A stretch of DNA of 64,000 nt from Somniosus microcephalus (taxonomy: Eukaryota), in contig CM126207.1 of NCBI GenBank assembly GCA_052327205.1, forward strand, positions 85,436,001-85,500,000, in the 5' to 3' direction. The translations under genes and the position numbers were made by a program. Below, in pieces: positions 1 to 11,500 of the stretch; positions within the stretch are counted from its first letter, which is position 1, and every line of letters starts with the position of its first letter. The notes under the pieces are model-generated. The model made no database searches, was not told where the DNA came from, and worked only from the letters and a program-made list of their open reading frames with translations.

Positions 1-59
1 GAAACAAAGTTGTAAATAAGCCTCTTTTTTCTTCCTCTGCCAAAACATATTTAATAAAG

Positions 60-189
60 CAAATGGCAATACCAGACGTGGAAAAAAAGATCGAAGAGTA
101 CAAGAAAGAGAATCCTGGAATGTTTAGCTGGGAAATCCGGGATAAGTTATTGAAAGACGGCATGTGTGATCGAAATACCATTCCCTCAG
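60..189 (+). CDS. PAX3: PAX3 coding exon 3 (paired-domain linker and C-terminal RED subdomain)
   Basis: Acceptor ...taaAG at 58-59, donor GTtggt at 190. Translates [43 protein letters not shown]. Length 130 nt matches human PAX3 exon 3 as I recall it; IRDKLL is PAX3-type (PAX7 has IRDRLL). Confidence 0.95.
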
Positions 190-788
190 GTTGGTTCAAT
201 ATTTGTGATTTGTGTGAATTGGAAAAAAAATCCAATAACATTGTAATTAACATGGAGAAATAACTACTCTTGTTTCATTTAAGTCCGGAATTGCCTGTAA
301 ATGTAAAATATGCCCAGCTGCACAAACTAATAAAGAAAGCAAAGATACGTCATGGTGTTAACAAATTATTTCAAGTAGGTTCCTGATTTCAGAGCCTCAA
401 ATTCAAAAATACCATTTATATATTACTTTGAATTAAATACTATTATTTATTAAGACTATCAGGGAACAATTTAATATGGTAATAGTAATTACAGCTTTGC
501 AGACTGAAATCATATCCTATATATTTCACAGAGAAAATAAGTACTTGCAGGAATTTGAATGATCTTTTCCCGAAGAGGTTGATCATGAAATGTAATGTTC
601 TCCTTGAATGAATATCTTCATTTGATTTTTTTTTAAGTATCAAGAAAAGTAAAATACATTAGCTTTATTCCAAACGAGTGATTGAATCATGTACTCTTTG
701 ATGTTTTGTTGCATGAAGGTAAGATTGCGCTGGCAATTAAAACAAGTAATACATTTTGTTCATTTTTAAAACATTTCTTCCAAACAAG

Positions 789-923
789 TGAGTTCAATAA
801 GTCGTATTCTAAGGAGTCGATTCGGAAAGAAAGAAGACGAAGAAGAAGATTGTGAAAGAAAGGAATATGAAGATGGCGATAAAAAGACCAAACACAGTAT
901 AGACGGGATTCTGGCAGACAAGG
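789..923 (+). CDS. PAX3: PAX3 coding exon 4 (end of paired domain, acidic linker, octapeptide)
   Basis: Acceptor caAG at 787-788, donor GTaaga at 924, phase 1/1, 135 nt. Translates (V)[44 protein letters not shown], with octapeptide HSIDGILA. Not in the ORF track. Confidence 0.96.
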
Positions 924-1079
924 GTAAGAGGTGGAAGTTGTCTAATTACTTGTGCATTTTTTAGCGATTAAAACGTGTTAATTAAATATTTGTGTCAACA
1001 TTTTTTTATAGATATGTATTAGGAAATCCCAGAGCGATGAAATATTGTATGATTTACATGTTTTGATGGAAAAGACAGA

Positions 1080-4000
1080 TTTTTTTTGTATAAAGTTAAA
1101 CAAAAAAACGACTTTAACTGATGTTCATATACCCCACACTGGGGGTAGTAACAATCACGCTGCCCCTTAGACGGTTTCAACAGAATGACTACGAGCGCAG
1201 TTGCCTCCAGCTGTAAATGCCTTGGTGCCCTTAGCTTTGTTTTGTGGTTCTGGTATTTCCCGAAGTGAGGGAAAGTGGACGGAAGTACTGCTTTTGTTTT
1301 GTCCTGTGAGTTTTATTGAGCTTGTTCAGGTGGTAAAGTTTACGCCAAGGTGTTAAAACAATTCAGAAAGTTTAGCAAAGGGCGGCGATATCAAAGTTGG
1401 ATTTCCAGCCTGGACAACCCTTATCAGCAAGCAACCTGTTGATAGTTTACCGCTTCATTGTGCGCGGACAAAGATAAAGAGATGCTTTTCAACGTTTACC
1501 ATCAGACTGCAATTTCATTTACTTCCCGGGAATGTTGGCCAGAGGACTAGGTTTAATATTGTTGCATAGGTTATCAGTATAGAGGATTTTCAATTATTAT
1601 TACAAAGCGATAATACCATTTACAGTGACTCAACTCCACCAGCAACATCAACAGTTTGCGTCTGTTTAGAGCATTTCAGTTCATTATTACTGATTTCCTG
1701 TTAAATTCAAAGACACAGAAATCAAATACAGACGGCATGTAATATATGTAAACATTTCCCTTCGTGTTAGGAGCATGTGGCAATACACTTAATCAAGTTA
1801 CATTACTAATAATAACCCTCAGTAATTTCGAGGAATAGAAAACGATTTTAGTGTCGATTTCAAAGCCCATTCGTTGATACAATTAGTTTTTTTTAAAGCC
1901 ATTCCTTAAACTTTTGTAGTTACAGTATTTACAAGATCTGTAATTTCAAATCTTTCCTCCCGTTAAGTATCTAATAGCCGGTTTTCGACGTTGAAATCCA
2001 GACTGATAATGAACACAGTTTCAAATATCCAAATCATTGCCACAACCTTTAACAAAATATAAATTAACTAACATTAGATGTTATTATTTTAAATGGACAA
2101 CTATGCCGTTATAAAGTTACTGCACAATTCGAAAACGTAACGATAAATGCGTTAGTTAAGGAGAGAAATAAATATTTTCTGTAATGCGCCCCGGACTAAA
2201 TGTTATCACTCCTTTTCAGCACGGTTTTAGATCAGAACTGGGCTAAATTAGCAGATTGCGTTTCGATGAGACCTGCCAATTTGAGATGATCCACTGCTGA
2301 TTTGATTCGAATGAAGTCCTTATTTTTCTAGTACTGGGAAAATATTCAATTATGAGAAACAAGAGATTTTTAAAGAAAAACGAGCTAAAAAAAAGTGAAT
2401 GATTGTGAATTAAGTCCTAGATGCATCTGGTATAAACAGCAGAACGAAAGAAATATTCTGATGCCGTTACACAAACATTTTAAATCAATTCAAAGTTGTA
2501 ATTTAAAAAAAAATCAGTTGTAGTGGCCGTTACATAAATACTTGATAGGCACTAACATTGCACTGAAATTGGAAATTCACAGCACTTGGTTAGTTTCCAT
2601 AGATTGGATTTCAGGAAGTATCGGTGAAATCCACTCAATATTTCCCCTCTATATATCTTTAGACATATAGAATGTCGCTGTCACTGAAAAGTACCACTTT
2701 ATTATTAACGAAACTCAGCAGATTTGCTTTCTTTCGTAGAGTTAGGGGGTGACTCGGGTTAACCCTTTGCGAAACTAACTGCACCATCATTTCTTCGCCA
2801 CATCTATCAGCAACCCCCGATTTTTTTATAAAGAAGAAGCCATAAGCAAAGTCATGCTTCATTTATGTTTATAAAACTAGACTGTTTCTCCAAAAAACCT
2901 AGAAATGTGTTCAGTTCTGGTAAGGTTAGCGAATATACTTCGGGGACATTTACACAGGTTTTACGCTTTGATTTTAGCTACGTTTAAAAATCGCAATTAT
3001 CCCTTTTAACGGGTTCAAATAAGACTTTAATTGTGATTGAAGGGTTGTCAAACGATGTCCAACATTTGAATATAAATAACATATCGCATATTTGACTGTG
3101 GGGCTCTTGCATAACCAACAGTGCAAGACTAAGTTGCTAAAATTAAAGAGAACCCCGATATTCCCCATATAGCCTCCAATTATATTTTGCAACATACTTT
3201 GCTGAGAGATATGTAGACTTCGGCTATTAACCACTATTTAGTAAAACAATTTGTACCCTAAACCACTTGATAAAAGTCTGCTTGCTATCTACTCTACGGC
3301 ACTTTTGGTAATATCTATGCGCAATGTGAAAATGATAATTCCCTGAGTATTCGTTAAATCATATCAGAAAAGTGGCTCCGAATGATTGGCGCAGTCTCCA
3401 TGGAACTGCTACGGAACTGGGGGCGACGGTGAAGCTGCCTGTGACCAGGTTGATGAAGCGTGAGAGCTCGCTTGTAGTCCGCAGTGTTTATTGATCTGAT
3501 TAATAGACCATATTTGCTATTTGAATTGTCCTGGGTGTGTATTTAACGAACTCCTTTATGGATCATAACAACAACAAAACAAGGTATCATAGCGCCTCGT
3601 TTTAACTTGTTGGGCATTGTTGCGATTTGATTATCTTTTTTTTCGCTAACAAAGTACCTTTTCGCAAAGACATGTTTTGTTAATCAAAACATCGAATCTA
3701 TATAAAAAAGAGACTAGAAAACTCTTGGAAAGAGTGTATAAATTTAAGTCCTTTTTAACATTAGCCTTGCGCACAAGCTTTGACACAAAGTGTTGCTTGT
3801 TGCTGGAGTCCATAGACCTGCCCGAATTTCGCTGCAAATAGGATCTTGAGTAGACAAAAACGACCAAATGAGCTGGTCAAACATTTGTACAACTTTTCCA
3901 GCTATACAAAGAGGTCCTTGAATACACAATCCACACTTGGAGATGAACTTGGAAAACAAAGAAGCGTGAGTCCATTGAAAGTTACACTTTAGGCTTGGAG

Positions 4001-6750
4001 GGACAAAGCCTATGCCAGTGACAGCTTGGTCGCAACAAAAGAAGGCAACCTTTTTGTAATTCAGGGAAAAAAAGAACAGAAACCGTCCAAACAAAAGGCT
4101 GAGAAAAGACATTATGGGCTTGCAATGAGGGATGAATTATTCAGTGATCGCCAGAAGCAGCCAGTCCTTGCAGTTTTATGGACTCTCTCTCCACCGTGGA
4201 AAACTAGCCATTTTCACCTACAAAATGTTTCTTTTGCCATCTTTTTAGACGTGTAAGATGCCGACTGTCATTCAAAAAAATACAATTGGCACCATTCGAT
4301 TGAGCGAAGGCTTTGATTTAGGGGCTGGCGTTAGGTTGGGCGGCGAGGAGAGAAAACTGCAAAGAATGCCGGCGATTTCCTATAGCAAATAGGCTAAAGC
4401 TCAGCCTTTGCAAATGACTATATTTTATTTTGCAAAAGATTGCTGTAAAAGATTAGTGTTTTTATTCTAGGACCGTCTCGTCATTTCAGCCTCATTAGTT
4501 TAAAGGGGGGGAAATGTTTAGGTAGAGAAAAAAAAATGCCTGCTTTGCATTCTAATCTTTTCAGCAAACAGTTTAGCTTGTAATTAACCTAAAGTCCATA
4601 AGTAAACAAACTGTCCATCTACTGGGGATTTCTGTCCCTCGCTACCGCCCCGGTAACATTTCATAGTTGCTCCACCAAGTGACATAATTGCACGCCAGGA
4701 TACGCGACCATGGGGTGCGCCAATTTGCTGCTTATAACTTCGGAATAGCTCGAGGAGGCCTATCTATTTGCGTTTAGGAGTAACATCTTGTACAAGTCTA
4801 AAGTGACTGACACACACTACTCACAAGATCAGAACAAAAGATATTTGCAATTTATTAAAGGCATTTAAAAAATAAAAGTTGTGAAAACTTGCCTATATTT
4901 ACGGGAGTTAGGTGAACTTTTCAAACATCGAAAGCCCGTTTTAAGTGAGATTTACAATAATTGCATCTTTGAAGGTTTTTATTAACTTGAACATTTAAGA
5001 ACTATTAAAACAGGACTCTCTTGCTAAGATCGCCTCGTGGTTGTTAATTCTTCCTGTCAGCCTTTTTTTTTCGTGGATGGGGTGCTCCCAATGTTTCTCT
5101 TGGTTCTCGGGGTTATATTTAATGATGTAAGAGTGTATTGAAGTGACTGAGGTTGCCAGCTCCTGTTTGAATGGGGCGCAGTGTTGTCGCGGAGCTCCAG
5201 GCGTGGTCAGGCTCGATTTATCCTCAATCATGCGCAGGTCCAAAATTCAATCAGAAACCCGGACCGAAGCCTCTTAAAGCTGATTAAATCGAGCCTTTTA
5301 TTTCTTCTCACTTTCATCTTCTCTCCCGACCCGCCCCCAATTCGCCCGGGGCACAAATTCGTGAAATTTCTGTCCCCTTTTTTTTCTCTCTCTCGCAGGG
5401 ACTGGCTGTTGGATCCAGCTAACAAGTAAAGCTGTGAGAGGGGACAAGATGAAATAAGTTTTGCGGAATGTGGGAAGTTTTGAACAAGCCGAAGCATTTT
5501 TGGCTCATGTAGTAATGGAATTCCTGACAGCTGATAACTGTGTACTGCAGACACGCGACTCCCGGACCCTATCTTAATATTTAGATGTAAAGCTACAATT
5601 ACAGTTGTGTTCATTGACTTGGTGTGTGTGCGAGTGGTTTGCGGAGTAACAGAGATAGGGACTGTTGGGGCGAATGAGGGAAGGCAATTAGATTGAAAGT
5701 GCGATACCATGCAGATAAGGCCGTTTTTCTTGTAAAATATATACTAGATGGCGAGACAAGCTAAGTGTTGGGAGCTACAAGTTTGAGAGTAAATGATGGG
5801 TGATTTATACTTGTGTTGGACGGGGAGGAGGGCTGATAATCACAAGGGTCCTGCACCACATACACGAAGATATAAAATGCGCCGTTATGATGACTCCCTC
5901 AGGACAAAGACGAGGACATGGGCCAGAGCTGTAAATTGGTCTATTACTAATTTGAGGAGCCCATGTAAACCAGGTTGCAGTAAATTGAAGCCTTTCGCTA
6001 ATTATGCATTCATATGCACATAATTCTACCTCTTATAGGCAGTTCTTTTAAAATAAAATATATTTCGTAAATACAAAAATGACAAGCTTGTTATCACTCC
6101 TCAGGCAGTTTTCCTTCGAGCCAATCACACTTGGCTGCTAATCAGTTAATCACAAAAATCACAGCAAAACAAACGAATCATATCTGTAGTGGTAAGATAA
6201 AAACAACGGCCCCAGCACATGGTCTCATTTAGTTCTGCAGCGCAATATGTTCTTCAGGTTTTAACAATGACTACAGTTTCTTGGAATATTTATGAGACTT
6301 AGTACGAAATTTGAAGTTTATGGGTATCAAACGATTCATTTTTTCAGAACACAATAGCCTGTTTTGGGATATCACGATATTGATTAAATACACTTTCCCC
6401 TTTAATACCATATTTTTGAAGAATGCTGTAAAACCAAAGCATTTATATCAGGAAGCGAATGGCCGAAGATGTGACTTCATTCCAGACGAGAACTTCGTTG
6501 CAGTACTGAGGAGGTGCTGCACTGTTGCAGCAGATGCCTGTCCGATGAGATGGTTGGAAATGATCCCAGAGCAGGGCGTTCTCTTGCGCTGGGAATTTCC
6601 TTGGAGAATGTCCCGATCGGTTGGCGGAATCCCCAAGGAAATTCCTGGCATTGGCGTCCTCCACCAACGCCAGATTAGCTGGTCATTTCCTTGTCCTGTG
6701 CAAGTTAGCCGCTGTGCTTTACCTACGCAGCAACAAATGTGAGAGATTCT
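1080..6750. promoter_or_regulatory. CpG-retaining, transposon-free 5' part of intron 4 (probable regulatory/hypomethylated domain)
   Basis: By eye, CpG dinucleotides are frequent here and sparse after ~6.8 kb outside young repeats. No recognisable SINE, LINE or MITE until ~6850. Confidence 0.6.
4940..5430. promoter_or_regulatory. Candidate conserved intron-4 enhancer
   Basis: TCF/LEF CTTTGAA at 4967-4973 next to Cdx/Hox-type TTTATT; TGATTAAAT and Meis-type CTGTCA within complex non-repeat sequence. Tetrapod and fish Pax3 intron 4 is known to carry neural/neural-crest enhancers. Orthology not verified. Confidence 0.45.
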
Positions 6751-6851
6751 ATGTAAATACATGATTTTTTTCTGGGTAAAAATGAGAAGTAATTTTAACC
6801 AAGAGACGTTCCACACCATCAGCTAGTTGCAGGTATATTGGAACTCAATAA

Positions 6852-6956
6852 TCCTACATTACATCAGTGACTACACTTAAAAAAAGTACTTAATTGGCTG
6901 TAAAGCACTTTGGGATGTCCGGTAGTTGTGAAGGCGCTATATAAATGCAAGTCTTT
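6852..6956 (+). mobile_element. 3' fragment of Deu-domain tRNA SINE (SacSINE1-like)
   Basis: cctacattacatcagtgactacactt...attggctgtaaagcactttgggatgtcc...ggcgctatataaatgcaagtctt; same tail as the copies at 24.5, 35.7 and 38.7 kb. Confidence 0.85.
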
Positions 6957-7104
6957 TAACTTTACGGGAAAGGAGACGTGACTGTATTTTGTAATACTAG
7001 AGTTATGGTAAATAATTATAAATATTATGTGATATACATGTAATTTGAATTACAAAATCACCCAGTACTGAACTACCTAGTAAGAATATACTTAAGTTTT
7101 TACT

Positions 7105-8505
7105 GATGACTCAGTTGAGAAAGGCAATGTACACAGAGCAGAAAGTCCCAGGCTTGATTCCTCATCTGTACTAACTGATCTCAGCTGGAATGGTGGTAGT
7201 GGTGTAATAATTGGTTTCAGCACCTCTAGTTAAACAGAGGAAAATTAGCTAGGGTTCCCATCCTTGATGGCTATCCAGTAGCACTTGCTGGAGTTGTGTG
7301 TGTGTGGAAGCCAGGAGATGACAGGACCAGGCTTGGTTGTAATGCTCCACACAGTTGAATAGGCTGCCAACACTCACTGTCTAGGCTCACACGTGACAAA
7401 TGGCCATGTGAGTGAGGTATGGTTGGGGATCGGATGGCCATGTGAGTGAGGCATGGTTGGGGATCGGATGGCCATGTGAGTGAGGCCTGGTTGGGGATCG
7501 GATGGCCATGTGAGTGAGGCATGGTTGGGGATCGGATGGCCATGTGAGTGAGGCATGGTTGGGGATCGGATGGCCATGTGAGTGAGGCATGGTTGGGGAT
7601 CGGATGGCCATGTGAGTGAGGCATGGTTGGGGATCGGATGGCCATGTGAGTGAGGCCTGGTTGGGGATCGGATGGCCATGTGAGTGAGGCATGGTTGGGG
7701 ATCGGATGGCCATGTGAGTGAGGCATGGTTGGGGATCGGATGGCCATGCGAGTGAGGCATGGTTGGGGATCGGATGGCCATGTGAGTGAGGCATGGTTGG
7801 GGATCGGATGGCCATGTGAGTGAGGCATGGTTGGGGATCAGATGGCCATGGGAGTGAGGCATGGTTGGGGATCAGATGGCCATGTGAGTGAGGCATGGTT
7901 GGGGATCGGATGGCCATGTGAGTGAGGCATGGTTGGGGATCAGATGGCCATGTGAGTGAGGCATGGTTGGGGATCAGATGGCCATGTGAGTGAGGCATGG
8001 TTGGGGATCAGATGGCCATGTGAGTGAGGCATGGTTGGGGATCAGATGGCCATGTGAGTGAGGCATGGTTGGGGATCAGATGGCCATGTGAGTGAGGCGT
8101 GGTTGGGGGATCAGATGGCCATGTGAGTGAGGCATGGTTGGGGATCAGATGGCCATGTGAGCGAGGCATGGTTGGGGATCAGATGGCCATGTGAGCGAGG
8201 CCTGGTTGGGGATCAGATGGCCATGTGAGTGAGGCATGGTTGGGGATCGGATGGCCATATGAGTGAGGCCTGGTTGGGGATCGGATGGCCATGTGAGTGA
8301 GGCCTGGTTGGGGATTGGATGGCCATGTGAGTGAGGCCTGGTTGGGGATCAGATGGCCATGTGAGTGAGGCATGGTTGGGGATCGGATGGCCATATGAGT
8401 GAGGCATGGTTGGGGATCGGATGGCCATGTGAGTGAGGCATGGTTGGGGGATCAGAACTCAATAGAAGTTAACACCTTCAGGAGAGGAGGAGGAGGAAAG
8501 GAAAA
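7105..8505 (+). mobile_element. Old tRNA-derived SINE (AmnSINE2-like from memory), interrupted by a minisatellite
   Basis: ctgatctcagc...aattggtttcagcacctct...aaaattagctagggttccca...gttgaataggctgccaacactcactgtctaggctcacac, with purine-rich tail caccttcaggagaggagg at ~8475-8500. Homologous to 42014-42240. Confidence 0.7.
7400..8455. repeat. 34-bp minisatellite, 31 copies
   Basis: Unit ATGGCCATGTGAGTGAGGCATGGTTGGGGATC(G/A)G; 1056 bp = 31 x 34 plus two single-G insertions. Explains the repetitive minus-strand ORFs at 7271-8428. Confidence 0.98.
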
Positions 8506-11500
8506 ATATATTTAAGTATGGGTGTACATGCATACCAAGGTTTTTTGGGCCCTTGCTTAAGTGTGCCAAAGCAATCCTCCTTCACACTCTGGGTTTTACA
8601 AGTACAGTTAATTGAATTTTGCCTGTTATTTCATAAACAGAAGAAACAAGCTATTTTTGGTACAGATTCTGACATGATGAGAAGTTATCAAATATTCTGA
8701 AATTCTGGGGGCAAAACAAAACCTGTAGTAATTGTTTTTATTGTTCACATTAAATAGGACAGAACCTGGTGTGGATTCTATTCTGGAGTGAAATTGGTCA
8801 CATAACCCTGTCTAATTACCAGCGTGAAATCTCACCCCTCCAGAGGTAGATTTCATGCTGCTATCACTCAAGAGGCACTGCAGTGTAATGCCACATGGTG
8901 ATGGCATCAGTATCTTTATGCCAGCAGGCATTTGATTGCTAGGGAACATTAGCGAGGCTTTGTATATCAGTGTCAATAGTTCACAACACAATGTTTTTCA
9001 AATCAGATGTTTTGCAGGTCTCGTGTTTTGAATGCACAAAATTTATAATGAAAGGAGTTTATATTCCATTTTCTGCTTTATTTGTTGCAGCAAAGAACTT
9101 TAAAACAAGAGTTAGAGCCATATTGTGTACTATAAAATAAACTTTTGTCACATTGCCATTTGTATGAATTTTCTTAGGTAACAACATTTTGCTAGATAAT
9201 TACTTACTAGTAATTAACCACAAAATAATCTTCATATAACATGCAACACATAGAGTTAATATGAACTTCTTCACCTGGAACAAAGGAAGATAGAGTATTC
9301 CTTTTAATTTCATAAATGTTAAATGCAACAAAAATAAACTGCAATGCACAGATTACTGAGGTGAATGGCTGCCTCATATGCACAACACAAATTGATCTAT
9401 TGCACCTGCAGCAAGCCTTATCACTAACGGGTGCTGTCCTACCATGAGAAGCAGTGTAAATCAAACAAGTTTACTTCAGGTATGAGCAAAAATTGGATAT
9501 AAAGATATACAGAACGGCATCTGTTTAGGGATTAAAATATTGCAAGGAAAGTGATTTTACTGGATTTGCTCTTTATATAGTTATAATTGGACACATATGC
9601 AAATGCTGAAGGATTTAGATTATTTTAAGGGACAGAAGAGAAATTATGTTATTTGTCAGTTTTTGCTGCCATTAACTGTTGCATTGCTGATAGATAAACC
9701 ATCAGTCATAATCATTTCCTTAATTTTTAGTCCTCAACATATTTTATCAAACAATCTCAATGGGATCAATTCCAAAGAATATACACCAGCTGCATCAATC
9801 CATACATGTCTAAGACAACAAATGTTTTTTGTATAGGTCCATGAGTTGCACACTGAAATCCAGTAAATTGAATCACTTAAAAGGAATAGTGGTTTACACT
9901 GTACTAATTTTAATGAGAGGCACTGACATAAAGACATCAAGCATTGATTAGAAAGGAACCTTGACCTAAAAGTTTGACTATTTCTGTTTTACAATGTACC
10001 TTGACTGGCACTGTGGGTATCAAATGACTACCTTGGATTACACTGAATTGTTAAATGCTGATAGTTAGCCACTGTATGTAAGTATTAATTTTTGCTTAGC
10101 TATGTATATTTTACCAACCAAAAGCTCACTTTAGCTGAAGTAAAGAAGTGAATGACAATAAGAGGTAAGATTTTATCTGAAGGCACCTCTTTTGAATATA
10201 ATTGAATCCAGCTAATGAATGTGACATGAAAGTCTTGTATCTTGTATTCAGAGTACCTGTAGCACATGGTATGGTTTTGATCAAGTGAGTCAATAGAACA
10301 ATATTGACTTGTTTGTCAAACCATACCATATTTATGAAATCCGTATGAATCGGTACAAAGTGCAATAAAAATGCTTATGAATGGCCACTTGTTGTGCCCC
10401 CAGAGAAGTCCTGCAGAGCAGATTCTGCTGATGCTGGCCGTGGTCATACAGCAACTACATGCGGATATTTACAGCTAAGGAGGCAGGAAAGGTACTTCAC
10501 AAGTGAATTCATTGGAGTTTTATGTCTCTCTTTGCCCTACAGCTGTTTTACAACCTGGAATTAAAATCTGAAAAGAAACTTTTCAGTTGCCCTGGCCAAA
10601 TATTGATCAAGTACTTGTTTGTTGATGCTATTGTTGTGTGAAGAGGGGCCAGTAGCTCTGCCCCTTGTTGCTCAACTTCTATTGTCATTGCCTTTTAACA
10701 ACAGGGATCAAAGCTCTATGTTTTTGGCTTACACTGATTAGAGAGTGGGAATCTTTATTGTGTCTAATGTAGGATATTGTAAATGGCAAACTTCATTAAC
10801 ATAGGTCTTCTCAATGTAATCATTAACTTAATTGGATTTTTTTGCACACTAGTGAAAGAGTTGAGTAAAAACTTTAAAACTGAATATACGGTTTGCATGT
10901 CCTATTTAATCTATATTCACAGTACTGAATTAATTTGACTATTAGGTTGTATTTGAATGGTAACTTCAGTAGTATAATGTATAGTTTCATATGATTTTGG
11001 TTAATTTAAATTCATAATAGAAATGCTTTATTTATGATTTAAAATAAACTTCTTATCAGAACTAGTTCTCACCAAAATCATTGTGATCTAAACTGTTTGG
11101 TATAAATCCCATCTGTAGGGCACTTTCTCTGTCTTCCCTTTTTCTAAACCTTCTACCTAAAATCAACACCAGATTTGGGAAATTGCTAAGAAGGCTTTCA
11201 CAACCATGCATTTAAACCATTCCTGAACTGTCTTTGAACCAAGCAAAAATCCAGAAAATAATTATAAAGGAGCAAGGAGCCTTTTCAGCTTTAATTATTC
11301 TCATCATTCCCCTTGTAAAATGATATGGTAAAAGGGTACAGGGAACTAAAGATCAATGTACTTAAGTACACTGTACACTAATAACAAGTTAGATGTATGA
11401 TTGGGATAAATCATCGATTTAACGTAAAGGTAGATTGTTGTGTTCTAGTTTGAATAACTTCACAATATAGCAGATGATTTATTCAGGACTTTTTGACAGT

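Noticed and set aside
63-263. ORF as a standalone 66-aa gene starting at ATG 63
   Set aside because: It is PAX3 exon 3 (from 60) plus intron read-through after the donor at 190.
5228-6819. ORFs of 120-160 aa in the CpG-rich zone
   Set aside because: No recognisable domains; expected by chance in more GC-rich non-coding DNA.
7271-8428. Long repetitive minus-strand ORFs (MPHSHGHPIPNHASLTWPSDPQPCLTHMAIRSPT)n
   Set aside because: Translation of a 34-bp minisatellite that is open in all three frames; no promoter, splice or homology evidence.
7400-8455. CRISPR-like regular ~34-bp repeat
   Set aside because: Units are head-to-tail with no unique spacers, there are no cas genes, and the context is vertebrate.
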